From Zygophlyctis sp. KS116 (Eukaryota; Fungi; Chytridiomycota): 29,400 nt of DNA. A program made the translations under genes and the position numbers. The notes below the pieces were generated by a model. That model did not search any database and had not been told where the DNA came from. It saw only the letters and a program-made list of their open reading frames with translations. The DNA is taken from contig BAAFSQ010000117.1 in NCBI GenBank assembly GCA_054661495.1, forward strand, positions 1 to 29,400. The letters are read 5' to 3'. Of the stretch, positions 1 to 13,081 are shown in pieces; position 1 is the first letter of the stretch, and each line of letters opens with the position of its first letter.

Positions 1-349
1 TCGTAATCTAATGGTTAATATACTACCAGGTGAAGTTATTAAACCGGGTGAAACAAAGTGCATCACAAATGAAGGAATGCCAATGTACAAGCGTCCATTT
101 GATAAGGGACATTTATTTGTTACATTTGAAGTCATATTCCCTCCTCCTAATTGGGCTGATTCTTCAACTCTTGCTCTTTTGGAAAAAGCACTTCCTCCTA
201 GAACTTTTGTTGCTGCTTCTGGTGAAATTGAAGAAGTGGTGCTATCTAATATTGATCCCATGCATCAGAAGAGATCTACGGGTCATGCAATGGAAGAAGA
301 TGAAGATCATCAACAAGGTGGTCCATCTGTCCAGTGTGCGCAACAATAA
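1..349 (+). CDS. YDJ1: Type I DnaJ/Hsp40 co-chaperone (Ydj1/Mas5-like), 3' part; begins upstream of window
   Basis: DnaJ C-terminal motifs PGEVIKPG, EGMP, GHLFVTFEVIFP. Ends in the farnesylation CaaX motif VQCAQQ*. Confidence 0.92.
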   Translation, partial: RNLMVNILPGEVIKPGETKCITNEGMPMYKRPFDKGHLFVTFEVIFPPPNWADSSTLALLEKALPPRTFVAASGEIEEVVLSNIDPMHQKRSTGHAMEEDEDHQQGGPSVQCAQQ

Positions 350-381
350 AAAATTGAGTTTAAAATTTTCAAGTTTAAGAA

Positions 382-2359
382 ATGGCTGACTCTGTCCAAT
401 TCCATTTAGAGAAGATGCTTCCAGAGATTGAAGATCTGGAAAAGAGAGGGATCTTTAATGCAGTATGTTTAACATTTTTCATCTTTTAGGCGGAAATCAA
501 ATCAATCATTAGAAAGAGAACTGGTTTTGAGTATGCAATCCATAAGAAAGTCTCTCAAAAGTCTGATTTCCTTCGATACATTGAATATGAAATTAATCTT
601 GATCGGCTAAGAAGAGCTCGGAAAGCCAGACTTGGACTTGATAAGCCGCCAAAGAAATCAGGCGCAGGGAAAAAGGATTCTAGCTTATCAGATCATTCAT
701 TGATTACTAGAATTCATGGGCTCTATAGTAAGGCATTGAAAAAGTTTGCAGGAGATGTACTACTGTGGATGCAATATTTTGATTGGTGCAAGGCTACGAA
801 AAGCTCAAAAGCACTCGGATCAAGTTATGCAAAGGCCATTCAGTTACATCCTACTGAAGCTAGATTATGGATCGCTTGTGCAAAGTATGAATTTGAAGAA
901 AATTCAAATATTGCTAGTGCTAGAGGTAATTATGCCATTTTAAAGGGATTTAGTTTTGTTACAAAGAAGTCTTCGTATTAATCCTGATAATCAAAATCTA
1001 TGGATAGAGTATTTTAGATTAGAAATGTTGTGGATTGAAAAGATCAAATTAAGAAGAAAAGTTTTGTTAGATGAAGATGATGACTCTGGTGATAAGGTGG
1101 TTGTTCCGTCTTTAGAGATTGAAGACTCTAAAGACTCTTTAAAGTTTGATATAGGGGATATTCCTGAATCTAGTCAATCTGAAGCATTTGAAAAGGCTCT
1201 TTTAGAATTGGTTATTCCAAGAGCAGTTTATCGTAATGCTATAAAAGGTATTTTAGAATCTAGAAATAATATTAAGCGATTCCGCAAGATTTAGAGTTTA
1301 GAAAAAGGTTTATAGCAGTCTATCAGGAATTTCAAGTTTTAGAACATATTGCATTGGAAGAAATTTATTCTGGGATTTCTAATGATTTTACAAGTATTGA
1401 TGCAGCTTCATTACTTTGTCAAAGATTTATTAATGGTATTCCATTTAATAATCAATCTTTTCCTTTTAAGCTAAAGGAAACAGTAACTGCATTTGAAGAG
1501 TATCTAAATTCTTCTCCATCCTCTGAATTTTTGTCTTGCTATGTTGAATTTCTACTATCTACTAGAGACAATTGTCAAGATTTAAATTTGGTAATTTTAA
1601 ATTTTGGTTAATTTTAGAAACAATACTTGTCGATTATTTTAAGTAGACTTTATGAACTTGGATCTTCTCTACATATTCTATCATGTGATCATTATGTGGA
1701 TTGGGTTTCTATTAATGAAAATAATATGGATATTATTGAAAAAGGCTTGCAAAGTTTCAAGAATATCTCTACATTATGGCTTTTAAAAATTCAATGTTCT
1801 GATTCTTCAATAGTCAATTCTATTTATAAAGAGGCTCTTTCTTATATAAAAGGTCAAGAATCTTATCCAATTTGGTGCTCTTATCTTGATTATCTTATAA
1901 AGATTAATTCAGAGTCAATATCATCAGAGTTTATTGTAATTTTTTAAATATTAACATGAAAAGGAATCTTTATCTCCTAATTTCCTGGATGGAACAGCTT
2001 ATGAAATCAACATTATTGAAAAATATTTGAATTGGGCATGTTTACATGGGATTGAAAAAGTTCGTGAAATTACTAGATTACTCTTATCACTCAAAGTTAG
2101 ACCATCAAATTTCTATCGTCTCGCAATATCTCTTGAAAGTAAATCTGAACCTAATGATTCTACCCATATTTGCAGACTATTTGATGAATGCATTCAGTCT
2201 GATAAATCAGAGATTCAAGTATGGATGGATTATATCAAATACAAAGTATCCATTGGGGATATGAATGGTGCTTGTCATATTGCTGCTAAGGCTAAAAGAG
2301 AAGTTCAGGATCAAGATAATTTTATAGCGGTCTTTGAGGAATTAAGAAAATCATTTTAA
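382..2359 (+). CDS. UTP6: U3 snoRNA-associated protein 6 (HAT repeats), 6 exons
   Basis: N-terminus MADSVQFHLEKMLPEIEDLEKRGIF-EIKSIIRKRTGFEY...DFLRYIEYE, followed by HAT repeats (LWIACAKYEFE, LWIEYFRLE). Introns 463-489, 926-953, 1248-1276, 1591-1617 and 1936-1963 join the ORF fragments in frame. Confidence 0.9.
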
Positions 2360-2401
2360 ATCAAAATCAATAGAAATTGTTTCACAAATTTTTCTTTGCC
2401 A

Positions 2402-3189
2402 ATGAAGGATCGTAAGAAGCTATTGAGTGCATTATCAAAGTCTTCATCGAATCTTCATAAACTGACTCATGGGAATAGTAAGGCTGTCAATGCATCCAAA
2501 AATAAAGTTGATAAGAATAAGAGCAAGTTGGCCGGAGCAAAGTTTAGATGGATCAATGAGAAACTTTATACGATTTCATCAAAAGAAGCATTAAAACTAT
2601 TCAAAACAAATCCCGATATGTTTAATAACTATCATGATGGCTTTGATACACAGGTGCAGCATTGGCCTCAAAATCCCGTTGATATCTTCATTTCTAAACT
2701 TGCAACTATTCGCAAAGGTTCAGTAGTTGCTGATATGGGATGTGGAACAGCTAAAATTGCTAGATCGTTATCAAAGAAATTGGTTGTACATTCATTTGAT
2801 CTTGCCTCTGATAATGATCTAATCACTGTTGCGGATATTGCGAATGTGCCACTAGATAATAAGAGTGTAGACGTTGTAGTTTTCTCATTAAGTTTAATGG
2901 GAATTAATTATATGGATTTCCTCATTGAAGCTTACAGAATATTAAAATATGGGTACGGATTTTGAATTTTATAAATAGTGGTGAACTTATGATTGCAGAA
3001 GTTACTAGTCGTTTTAGCGACCTTCCAAAATTTATCTCTACTTTAGGAGATTTGGGATTTAAACTTGTGTCTTCAGATGATTCAAACAAGATGTTTATTC
3101 TGTTTTATTTTAAAAAGGAAAAGATGGATGCAATTTTAGAGGTTAATCGACAATCTCTATTGAAACCATGCATTTACAAGAGACGCTAA
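2402..3189 (+). CDS. RRP8: 25S rRNA adenine-N1 methyltransferase Rrp8/nucleomethylin
   Basis: GAKFRWINEKLYT, YHDGF..QV..WP.NP, VADMGCG, FSLSLMG and terminal LKPCIYKRR. Intron 2953-2978. Confidence 0.95.
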
Positions 3190-3302
3190 AAGGATTTTTA
3201 TGATTAAGGATGTAGATTATATTCTAGATAATTGAAACTAGACAATGAATTGAAGCATTTCAAATTGAACTATGGATTTGAGATTTGTCCGGAAGTTAAC
3301 TT

Positions 3303-3312
3303 GTTACGTCAC
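3303..3312 (+). promoter_or_regulatory. CRE/ATF-like element GTTACGTCAC
   Basis: Lies 8 bp upstream of ATG 3321. An identical 10-mer lies upstream of SEC1 in the same relative orientation. Confidence 0.35.
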
Positions 3313-3320
3313 TTAATAAA

Positions 3321-4172
3321 ATGAGTTTTGCTGTTGCTGTAAGTGATAATAGATTTGGCAGAGTGGGTCATAATCAAAGAAACTTGAGTAATGAAGTCTT
3401 TAATTTTGGGAGTGATTTGCTTGGATCAAGAGGTTTGATCTAAATGTTAATCTTTAGGAGACAATGATCGCTTCAAAAAGCTGGATTCAGCTGCTGTAGA
3501 AAGAGATCGACAACATCAAGAGAGACAGAAAAGATTAGAAAGAGATGATTTTAGAAGGTAATGCAGGTCTATTGATCGGTTAGAAATTGGAAGTCCGAAA
3601 TTGAGCGTTCAAGATGGCAAAAAATGGCTCAAGATTATGATATTAAACAAGAATGTCTTAATGCAAAGCAAACAAAGGCAAGAATAGGAAAAAACAGTGT
3701 CAGTTATAATCCAATTACATTGGAATATCATAAGAATTCAAGCGGAGAAGCGCTCGCACGGGAAGACACAAAGGCAGTGGTATAATTCATATTTTGATTA
3801 AATGATTAGTTAAGAACGTCTATCAGATCTTTAAATCTTTATCTGAAAAATAATAGCTTTGACCCGATGCGCTGCCAAGATGTGCCAAAAGATGTCTCTA
3901 CCGTTTTCGGCGTCAAAGATACCGCTGCCCAAACACAATCGGCAACTCATCAATCACTAAAATCAAGCACATTGACTCCTCCAAAGTATGGAAGAAGATC
4001 TCAACCTCCAGTAAAAGCAAATCCCGATGCAGCGAGTCTGGACATTCCAAAAGCATTACTCAACTACACAAAATCAAACGTTCAACTACTCAAAAGTACG
4101 AACGACAAGTCAGTTGGCGATATACTTGCATATTTAAGAAACGATAAGGAAAGATGGTCAAGATATTATTAG
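3321..4172 (+). CDS. Hypothetical protein, 4 exons (charged coiled-coil region plus SVSYNPITLEY motif)
   Basis: ATG at 3321. Introns 3433-3457, 3558-3583 and 3780-3809 give one continuous frame into the 3867-4172 ORF. No family confidently recognised. Confidence 0.7.
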
Positions 4173-4207
4173 TAGGCTTCCCAATGATTGAATTTATTTT
4201 TTCAGAA

Positions 4208-6267
4208 CTACCACTTAATAAATCGTATTCCCAAGTAGGCAATAAATCTACAGCCTATAATCATGACAATCAAGGCAACTGCACATACTCCAATACTCAA
4301 TTGGTCTAAACCCAAAGTAGAGATTGTTGCGCCTGCATCTTTACAACCCGATTCGCCCTGGCAGTCAATCGAAAGACCTGATAACTCATTCAAAGATACA
4401 GCCACGTAAGAGTATTTGACATAACTAAGTGCGTCTAACCATACAAAATAGCCAGGATTGGCCGCTGGGGAAAGGAAGAAACCTCCAAATAAACGAGAGA
4501 CTTCCAAAACCATTCTAATTGATTAAAAGAAAGATGACTTACGGCAAAACAGTTACAGATAAAGTAGTTGTTCGGGCGAGTGCAGATACCATTAATGCTA
4601 CAGATGTTGCCGTCAATGATGTTAATACCATAAATGCCATGAAAACAAAGAATTTTCCAACATCAGCTTGCAATCCTATCATCCAATATACTATACAAGA
4701 GAAAAGGATGGGACCAGGGAGCTGTATAATAGTATCTACAACATTTTTCGCCATAAAGTAAGCCGAAACCTGATAGGTACCAGCAGCTCTTTCACGAAGA
4801 ACTAACAAGCGTTCCGACGGGAAAGAGTTGATGACTGATAATGCTGAAAAAATCCCCTGATTAATTACGAGGAAAAATATAACTGGTTGCCTGCGCTTCT
4901 GACTTTCAGGCCCGTTTCCAATTTGGTAAAATGCACCACCAATTAGTAAAGCCATCAAAATATTCTGAACCAATAGTGTAATTATCACAGAGTATGAGCG
5001 AATATTTTCCAAAAGTGTTCTGCGTAAGAGCACAGAAAACTGGTGCATCCAAGAAGGTGGAGTATGCAGAATCACATCAGAATATATTTCATATTCCTCC
5101 TCTGTCTTATTGTTTACAGGCTTGAATACTTTCATCAACGCATTGTCAACTTCAGAATGCTGATGAGAAATACTGTTAGAAGAGAGTGATGCTGGAGGAG
5201 TGATAACATCCAGGAAATGATCAGCAGGATTAGTTAGTGGAGGGCAAGGATACCCCGCTTCAGTAAAGAAGTCAACCGTCTTATTCGCTGGACCATAGTA
5301 AACAACCAATCCTGCTTTTAGCAACATCAAATCATCAAATAATTCGAAAATTTTGGTCTGGGGCTGATGGATTGTACACACAACTGTACAGTCACCTGCT
5401 GCAGCTAAATCCCTTAAAATTCTAGTCACTATGTTTAAGTTTTTCAAAATAATTACAGCTTAAAGCAGTAACAGAGTCAAGTCCAGAAGTTGGCTCATCT
5501 AAAAACAAAAGTCTAGGATGTGTTAATAGTTCCATAGCAACACAGACTCTCTTCCTTTCTCCACCTGAAACTCCTTTAATTGTTGGAGTTCCAATAAGAG
5601 TTTTACGACAGTGATCTAAACCAACCTTCTTGAGTGCTTCATCGACTCTTTCTTTTCGCTCCAGAGCTGTCATACTTGATGGCAATCTGAGTTCAGCTGT
5701 GTAATCCAATGTTTCTTGAACAGTAAGATTTCCATTTAACAAATCATCTTGCATCACATATCCAGATAAAGCCTTAAGCTCAGAATTAGAGTAGGGAACT
5801 CCGTTAATCTTTGACATACCATTCATTTTAGCTCCTGCCATTCTTCTTGCCAAAACATTCATGAGAGTTGTCTTTCCTGATCCCGAGGGCCCCATAATAG
5901 CTAAAAAACGAGACTTTACCATACCAGAAGCATTCTTCAACAAGACTTTTTCACCGTCGGCTGTTGTTACAGAAATATCTTCCCATACTAGCGCAACTGC
6001 CCGATCATTTCTCTTCTTAAACTCTGTGCAGTACTCTGCCATAGATCGAACAGTCATTTGTACGTTCTCATGCTCAACTTCAACTTCATCATCATTTAGA
6101 AGTTCTGGAAAACCAATGCTTGCCATGGACTTTACAGTAAACTGAGTATCCTTATGGTCAACGGTCAGATGCTGAGATTCTACAAAGCTGACGGTGAGAT
6201 CCTCCTTCTGCCCATGCCCAACAGAGTTTTCATGAGTAGCCTTTTCAATGTCCAATACTTGTTCCAT
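4208..6267 (-). CDS. ABCG (White-like) half-size ABC transporter, NBD-TMD
   Basis: Walker A GPSGSGKTT, signature VSGGERKR, Walker B LFLDEPTSGLD, TIHQP, NPADH, RERAAGTY. Introns 5429-5456 and 4515-4542. Confidence 0.95.
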
Positions 6268-6556
6268 GGGAAGTTTTTTAATATTTTTAAACAAAACGCC
6301 ACAGGGAATTCAGTATAAATAGAAGATTATTTATAACTTGAACTACTATTTATAGAATTGTGAGGCAATGATTCAAATCGGAGGCTATATATAACTCATA
6401 ATGGACAGACACGGTTATAAATAGGTATATATATATGTAGATTAAAGACAAGCTACTGACACGCTCTCCTCACGCAACGTACTATTTTTCAAACGAACCA
6501 TTCACAATAATCCAACTACTTGTAGTCTGCATCAATTGAGAATCTTGAACTTTTTC

Positions 6557-7406
6557 CTATTTTTTTAAAAGATAAATCTCCCTCATAAATCCTTTTACAT
6601 GACTATCTCCAGTACCCAGAAGATCAACAGACTTGAATCCAATCTCCTTGATCAAAAACTCTGGAAAATCTTTTGGCTGCAGTTTAATTTCTTTCCAATT
6701 CCTTTCCATTTCACAGTCTTTCACTCTCTTATGATAAGAATCAAAGCTTTGAGGTTCTAATATCAATATTCCTCCCACATTTAAACTATCAAAACATTTT
6801 TTGAAGAAACACATCAATCCTTCATCCCCATAATTTAAATGAATCCACTGCCTTAAGACCCAGATAAAAACTTACCTTTGTAATAGATAATGCAAGTATG
6901 ACATCTGTTTCTTCAATTGGTTCCTGTAACCAATTTCCAGCTCTAAATTGAATATTATGAGGAAATTTGTCACTGCTTCCCTTGATCAATGGCAACGTTC
7001 CATAATGATCCAAGACAATGATTGGAAAATAATTCAAATCAGACCCATGCATTAATGATGATCTTCTATACAACTGATTTCGGGCCTTTCGGACTAAAAC
7101 TGGATCGATATCAATTCCAACAATTTCCAATGGTTCAAACAGCGATGCAACATCAATAGTAATCTGCCCAGCATTACAACCAACATCAAGAACTCTTTTG
7201 TCTTGAAACCATTCTTTCCGAAAGAGTTTGATCCTATTATCGGAAGATCCTCTTTTCTTATAGTAGGCGGGATAGTTTCCAAATGCCAAGTACGGCTTTG
7301 GAGCTGAATCAGGTGGCCATTTGATACTCTTACGTCGCTGCTGGTTTTTATCGTTAGCATGGGATAGATGGGAGAGATATGGATTCTCAATTGGAACTTG
7401 CGTCAT
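6557..7406 (-). CDS. BIN3: Bin3/MePCE-family RNA methylphosphate capping enzyme
   Basis: FGNYPAYY, VLDVGCNAG, GIDID and LALSITK|WIHLNYGDEGL across intron 6848-6875, then LILEPQ. Confidence 0.92.
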
Positions 7407-7430
7407 ACAACAAAACCCTTGACAACTTTA

Positions 7431-10400
7431 CTATGCTTGAGCTGCTCTTGGAACATCATTCTTTAGATTGGCAACCAGCTTTTGATTTTTAGCTACAAGT
7501 TCCCGTAGTTTAGACTTTAAATCCTTGTTTGTCTGACGGTAATATAAGAGATCTTTCTCAAGATCATCAACTTTTTGATCGTGTACATTATCAACTGAGC
7601 CATCCGTTTGATGATTTTGATCAGACTTGCAAGATTTTTCTGCAAGTGATGCTAGTTTCTTTTCATAACTTCGGATTGTTTTTTGGAGCTTAAGTCCGAG
7701 TTTTGAGCTTTCTTTTCCAGACTCTTCCTTCAAGGATCTTAATTCCTGATGAGAATCTGAGAGCATTTTTCTAACATGTTTATATTCTCGAAGTATATTA
7801 ATAAATATATGGCGTAATTCGGACAAGGAAGATGTTTTCTAAAATAAGACATGAATAGTTTTACCAAGGTAGGAATTAATTCAAGGGCATCAACATCATC
7901 ATCAAATTCTTCTAGAAGAGATTCATAATCCAAATCATCTTCCTCTGCGTCTCGGTGATTTGGATTCAGTTTTTCTATTTTTGAGTTTTAAAATGTCTTA
8001 CGCTCAAGAGACTGTTTATCAGATCTTAATTTTACAATTTGGTATAGTAATAGCGCCCGTTGTTTTTTCAAATTCTAAATTTCAGCTTTAAAGGAATTAC
8101 GGCGTTAGCATCATTTCCACCAGATAAATTTTGAATATTTTTCTCAATAATTTCGGCTTCTTTTTGTTTCGTTTTTAATTCGGCACTTATCTTATCCATT
8201 TCATCAACCTAAAATTCAATCTCAAAAGTCATACCATTTTTATGATGGAATCTTCTTGATGTTCCGTGTCTTGCAGAGATTCTCCGGCTTTACTACTGAT
8301 GAGAATAAATCACAATACCTCATTTCGATTTCGGACATCATGGTTTTCAAGGATTCGTGAGTTAAAGATGTGCGAGAAACTCTTGTGGATAATTGGCCAC
8401 CTTCCTTAATCTTTTTAGATATTGCAGATATTTCCTCTGTCTTTCTATCCAGCTTTTTACGCAAGTTGTCATTCGCATTTTCGAGTTGTCTTAATTTTTT
8501 TTGTGAATCTTCATACTGTTTATTGATCGCTGCAACTTCCTTTGATTTGCGATTTTCCATTTCGGCTAACTTTTCCATATCTTCTTTAGCTTTTCGTTTT
8601 AATGCAGATATATGGTTAGAATGTTTCTCAGACTCGGCGTTGAGGTCCAACAGTTTTCGCTCCGCCATTTCTTTATCTTTGGAGAGTTTATCTTGCTCCT
8701 TTTGCTTTATTTTGAGCTTTGCCAGCTAATGATGAAAAGTTTTAATATTACCTGTGTCTCATAAATCTTGATCCTTCTCTCATATTCTTCCTTTAGCTTA
8801 TCCTTCATATTATCTTTATCTCTAATATCTTCAGAAAGCTTAACTATTTCTCTTTCAGAGTTTTCAAGCTCTCGCTCTAATTTCTGGATTTTGTCAGTTA
8901 ACTGATGACGCATCTTCTCTGCTCTAATTTGTAAGGCTTATATAACAATTACTCTTTTCCAGCCTTTGATAGATCTTTGAGAAGATCTACCTTTGCCTTT
9001 ATTGCAGCTCCTAATTCTTGAACTAAATCTTCGTATGATGAATTCTGATATTTTTCAAGATCTGTTACAGATGGACTATAATGTTAATTCAGAGGCGAAA
9101 AGTACTTGATTTTTACTGGGAATTGCTCTTCTACAACTTCTTCCAAATCACTATCATCCTATTGATTACTTAAAAACTATAAATACCCCAACGCTTGTCG
9201 CATATCGACTACTTTCTTCGAGCTTCTGACGATCAACTCTTTTGGAAATGGTTGTCTTTTTAAATTCTGTTTTACTAGGCAAATCCAACTGGGAGTCAGT
9301 TTGAATTTCGACTTCACTGACCACCTTGACTGATAAGATAGCATGCTTTTCTTCGATTAAGCGTTGTTGGGTCTTTTCCATCTCTTCTATAATTCTACTA
9401 AGCTCCTCATTCCTCTTTTGAGAGCTTATTAATTCAACCTCAATATTCTTAAGATCCTTGGTTTGCTTGTCCCATGATTCTTCAGGAGAGTCGGCCCTTT
9501 CATTTAGCAAAGTCTATACTTACACAGACTTTTTCAGTTTACGTCTAAAAATTCTAGCAGAAACTTTCTCTATTTTAGACATAGATTCTGAGCCACTTAT
9601 TGGAGGTAAGAACGAAGCTTCTTTAGTTTCTGGTTTGTCCTCCTTTATAGATGCTCTAAAATGGTTTAACCAAATATTATATACAGGTAAATGTGAGGCA
9701 AATGAGCTTCTAACATTGCTTTCAACTCATTTTCCTGTTCTAGGGAGATATCTTGCCTCTGAAACAAAAACGAACTTATTTCTAAGGCATTGTTACGCTC
9801 ATCTTTAACCTTTGAAAGATCATCTTCCAATAATTTGATGTCCGAAACAATCGCTCCAAATTTTGAAGATAAATCTTCCATTTCTTGTCTTGCATCACTT
9901 AATTGGCACTGTAATTCAGTGTTTTCTTCCACACTAAATTGAAGGGAGTTTCGTACGGTTTGTAAGTCTTTTTCTAGTGAACTTTTTTGTTCTTTAGCAC
10001 TTTCAAGATCACGAAGCGCATCTAAAGTTACAAAGTAAAAGTACTGGTTCCCTTCATTGCTCTATTTTTGAGTTCATCCATGAATGTTAACATCCACTGG
10101 GGATCATCAAAGTTTGCAACCGTACTAACAGTATTTGTTGTATCATTTGCTCTTTCTTTAAGCTGCTCCTGCAATGTCTCAATCTGTGATTGCATATTGG
10201 AAAATTCTACAGCTTGCTGATCTACGATGTTGATTATAGCTTTATTCTGTATTTTGCGAGCTCTATAAGCATATCTGAGATATAAATGGGAAATAATTAC
10301 TTGAGGGTATTTAACGATTCGTCCAGATCATGCTCCATTGGACTAGAAAATTAAGCGAATCATATAAATGTTACCTTATGCAGGCAATCATAACAGTCTA

Positions 10401-11566
10401 ATAGTCAATTCTGTGAGAATTTTACCTTTGCATTCCCTCCCAAAGAGTCTTGTAGCAGCCTTGTTAACTTGCTATCACGATAAGGAATGTGTCTATCACT
10501 CGATGGAGTACCATTTATGGAATTACCTTTTGAATCTTGCCCCAAAATACTAATAACATTGCCTAATGCAAGTAATCCTGAATTGATTTTGACTGATTCT
10601 TTTAATCTAACACCTTCAGCACCAGTTTTCTTTAACTATCTTTGAGTAATTTCTACAAATACCCTTTCCGAACCTTTCGTTAAAACAGATTAATTCATAC
10701 CTGCCAAATCAACCAAGTGAAATTTAGATCTCTTCAAAATCAATTCTTCATTTTCTTGAAACATTGAGTCCGATTTTTGCATCGCTCTTTCTTCCAGAGT
10801 AATCGTAAATATGGCATGCGATCGGCTAGAACGAGAATGTACTTGAGTATCACCAATACTTCTGTTTAATATCCCCGCCTCAATGCATCTACAAAATCAA
10901 AAATATCAAAATCTACTTTTGCATCCCATCAGCAGTATTCACAGTCTCTTCATGGATACCAGAAATTATAATAGTCCCTTTACTGTCTCTAATTGATATC
11001 TCCCTTGATGAATTGTCCGGCATTAATAAATCTCGGATTTGTTCTTGATATATTTCTAAGAAGGAAATATATATTTTATAAAAGCATGAATCCTTTGGTT
11101 CCTTTTATAATTTCATAATGATATACCTTTAGATGATCAAATAGATCAGCAATTACGCGAGGGATTATGCCCCCACTTTCGCTTGACCAATCCTTGATAT
11201 CTGATCCCATCGTATAAGTTTTTCCTGAAAAGGTTTGTCCACTAATTTAAGAAATGTTAAGAACGTACTAGGCGAAAACTGTAGCATTAAATCCTTGAAT
11301 AAATTGAGGTATTAATGGCGCCACTAGAGTTTTATAAACGTCTTCTTGAGTATTTTCAGGCAAAAATACATGATCAAAGGTAAATGCTCGCTTTTCTTTT
11401 CCGATGATGACTTGTGCTGAGTCCGGTACTACCTGGATTCGGACAGGTTTTGTGGACAGAGTTTGTATTCCGGGCACAATAGCAGGACGAAGCTAAGGAT
11501 GAAAACTTGATCACATACTCTTAATGCAACTCTTACTTTTGCCAAATCTATCTCATCAGTAATCAT
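7431..11566 (-). CDS. Kinesin-4-like (KIF27/KIF7-type) motor with long coiled-coil tail, many tiny introns
   Basis: KVRVALR|[12 protein letters not shown]|[22 protein letters not shown]|SER|[31 protein letters not shown]|[10 protein letters not shown], reconstructed across introns such as 11493-11518, 11242-11268, 10674-10700 and 10636-10662. Not every tail intron was mapped. Subfamily is inferred. Confidence 0.88.
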
Positions 11567-11610
11567 GTCGGAGAAAACACACGTCTTAAATGAACCGACG
11601 CTTCAAAGTG

Positions 11611-12975
11611 TCAACTAAAATCTAATATTATAATTTTAGACTCATGATCTTTTCCTTTACAATTCATAACCATTTTCTGATGATCTGCAATGCATGCTGA
11701 AATTGGCCCCAGCTTTAAATCGATTTTGAAAATGATATCACCATCCTTATTCCAAAACAAGAGGTTTTCGTCCCATCCACCACTTATTAACCATTGCGGA
11801 ACTTTCAAAAGTACTTTGACCCAGTCAACATGCCCGATTAATGTTTGTTCAAGCTCAAAATTACTAATCTTCCATTCTAGTACGTTAATTTTCAAATGTT
11901 ACTTTTAATCATTTTATCCATTGATCCTGTCCATAAAAATTCATCATTGCATGCAAGACATAAAATATCTAAAGAATGCCCTTTGATAACTTTAATGCAT
12001 TTAAAAGTCCTGATATCCCAGATCTTTATAGTATGATCAGTTGATCCGGTTGCAAAAAGATCGTTATTAATTTTTATCATTGTGAATATATCAGATTTGT
12101 GCCCTTGAATGACCTTGAAAAGTTCTATTTCAGTCTGCCGTATTACTTTAGATGAATTTCTTCTAAATCTATATTTTAGAATATTGATAAGATTTGTCTT
12201 GAAAGTGTAAATATATATGTTTCCATTTAGCCCTGATCCGATCAAGTACAAATCTCGAATGAAAAGTAATGATGTAAATCCTAGACTATCGCATTGTTTG
12301 ATTGATGTTTCTCTTTTACCATTGATTAGATTCCAAAGTGTGATCTGTCCAGGCTTATGCGCTGCTGCTAGAAATTCATGATGAATGCAGACACTGGTAA
12401 TTGGAGAAGAGCACGTAAAGGATTTATAATCTGCTGCTAGATCATTTCTATTAAGTATGCTTATTCCTATTTCAGTCCCAATAACAATATTTTCTTGATC
12501 CCCATCGAGGCTTAAAACATTAGAGTAAAAAGATTTACCATTTAATGGGTTGATTTTGTGAAAGAATCATACTTTTTTGGCAGAACCGAATTTTTCTCCA
12601 ATTCTGTATTTGCCGATGAAATTGAAAATAAATCATTTTCCATCCATAACCAATTTTATCTGAATGTCTATCTAACAAATAGTTCCATTGAGGTCCGATG
12701 GGTATTTCTTCTTGTATTATAAACCTCTGCCATAACTGAGGTAGATGTGATAGTTTCCTCCATGCTCTATTTACTAAACCACATAATAATAAATCGGATG
12801 GAGTTAAATAGATAAATATTTGTTTAAAGTTACAAGCATTAAATTCGGACATCAATTCCTCCTGACTTTCAACAGCAGTAGCGATGGATGAAGATCGACT
12901 GAATTTAAAGGAAGCTGATGATTTAATGCTTGATGTTAGACTTGAAAATGAATATTTTGTCCTTATCAAAGACAT
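11611..12975 (-). CDS. F-box/WD40-repeat protein
   Basis: F-box-like QIFIYLTPSDLLLCGLVNRAWRKL and WD40 repeats (GHKSDI...ATGSTDHTIKIWD; GHVDWV...SGGWDENLLFWN). Introns 12511-12538 and 11877-11902. Confidence 0.85.
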
Positions 12976-13081
12976 AATATCCTGTTATCAATCGCGTTAT
13001 AAATTCACCGGCGCTCCTTCAGACGCATCTTACTCTGTTCAAACTAAATACCGTCTTGAAATTAATTCAATGATTGTTTAT

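Noticed and set aside
4519-9808. Antisense or alternate-frame ORFs (4519-4761, 5861-6145, 7094-7390, 8370-8729, 9458-9808)
   Set aside because: They are shadows of the ABCG, Bin3 and kinesin coding regions with no independent motifs.
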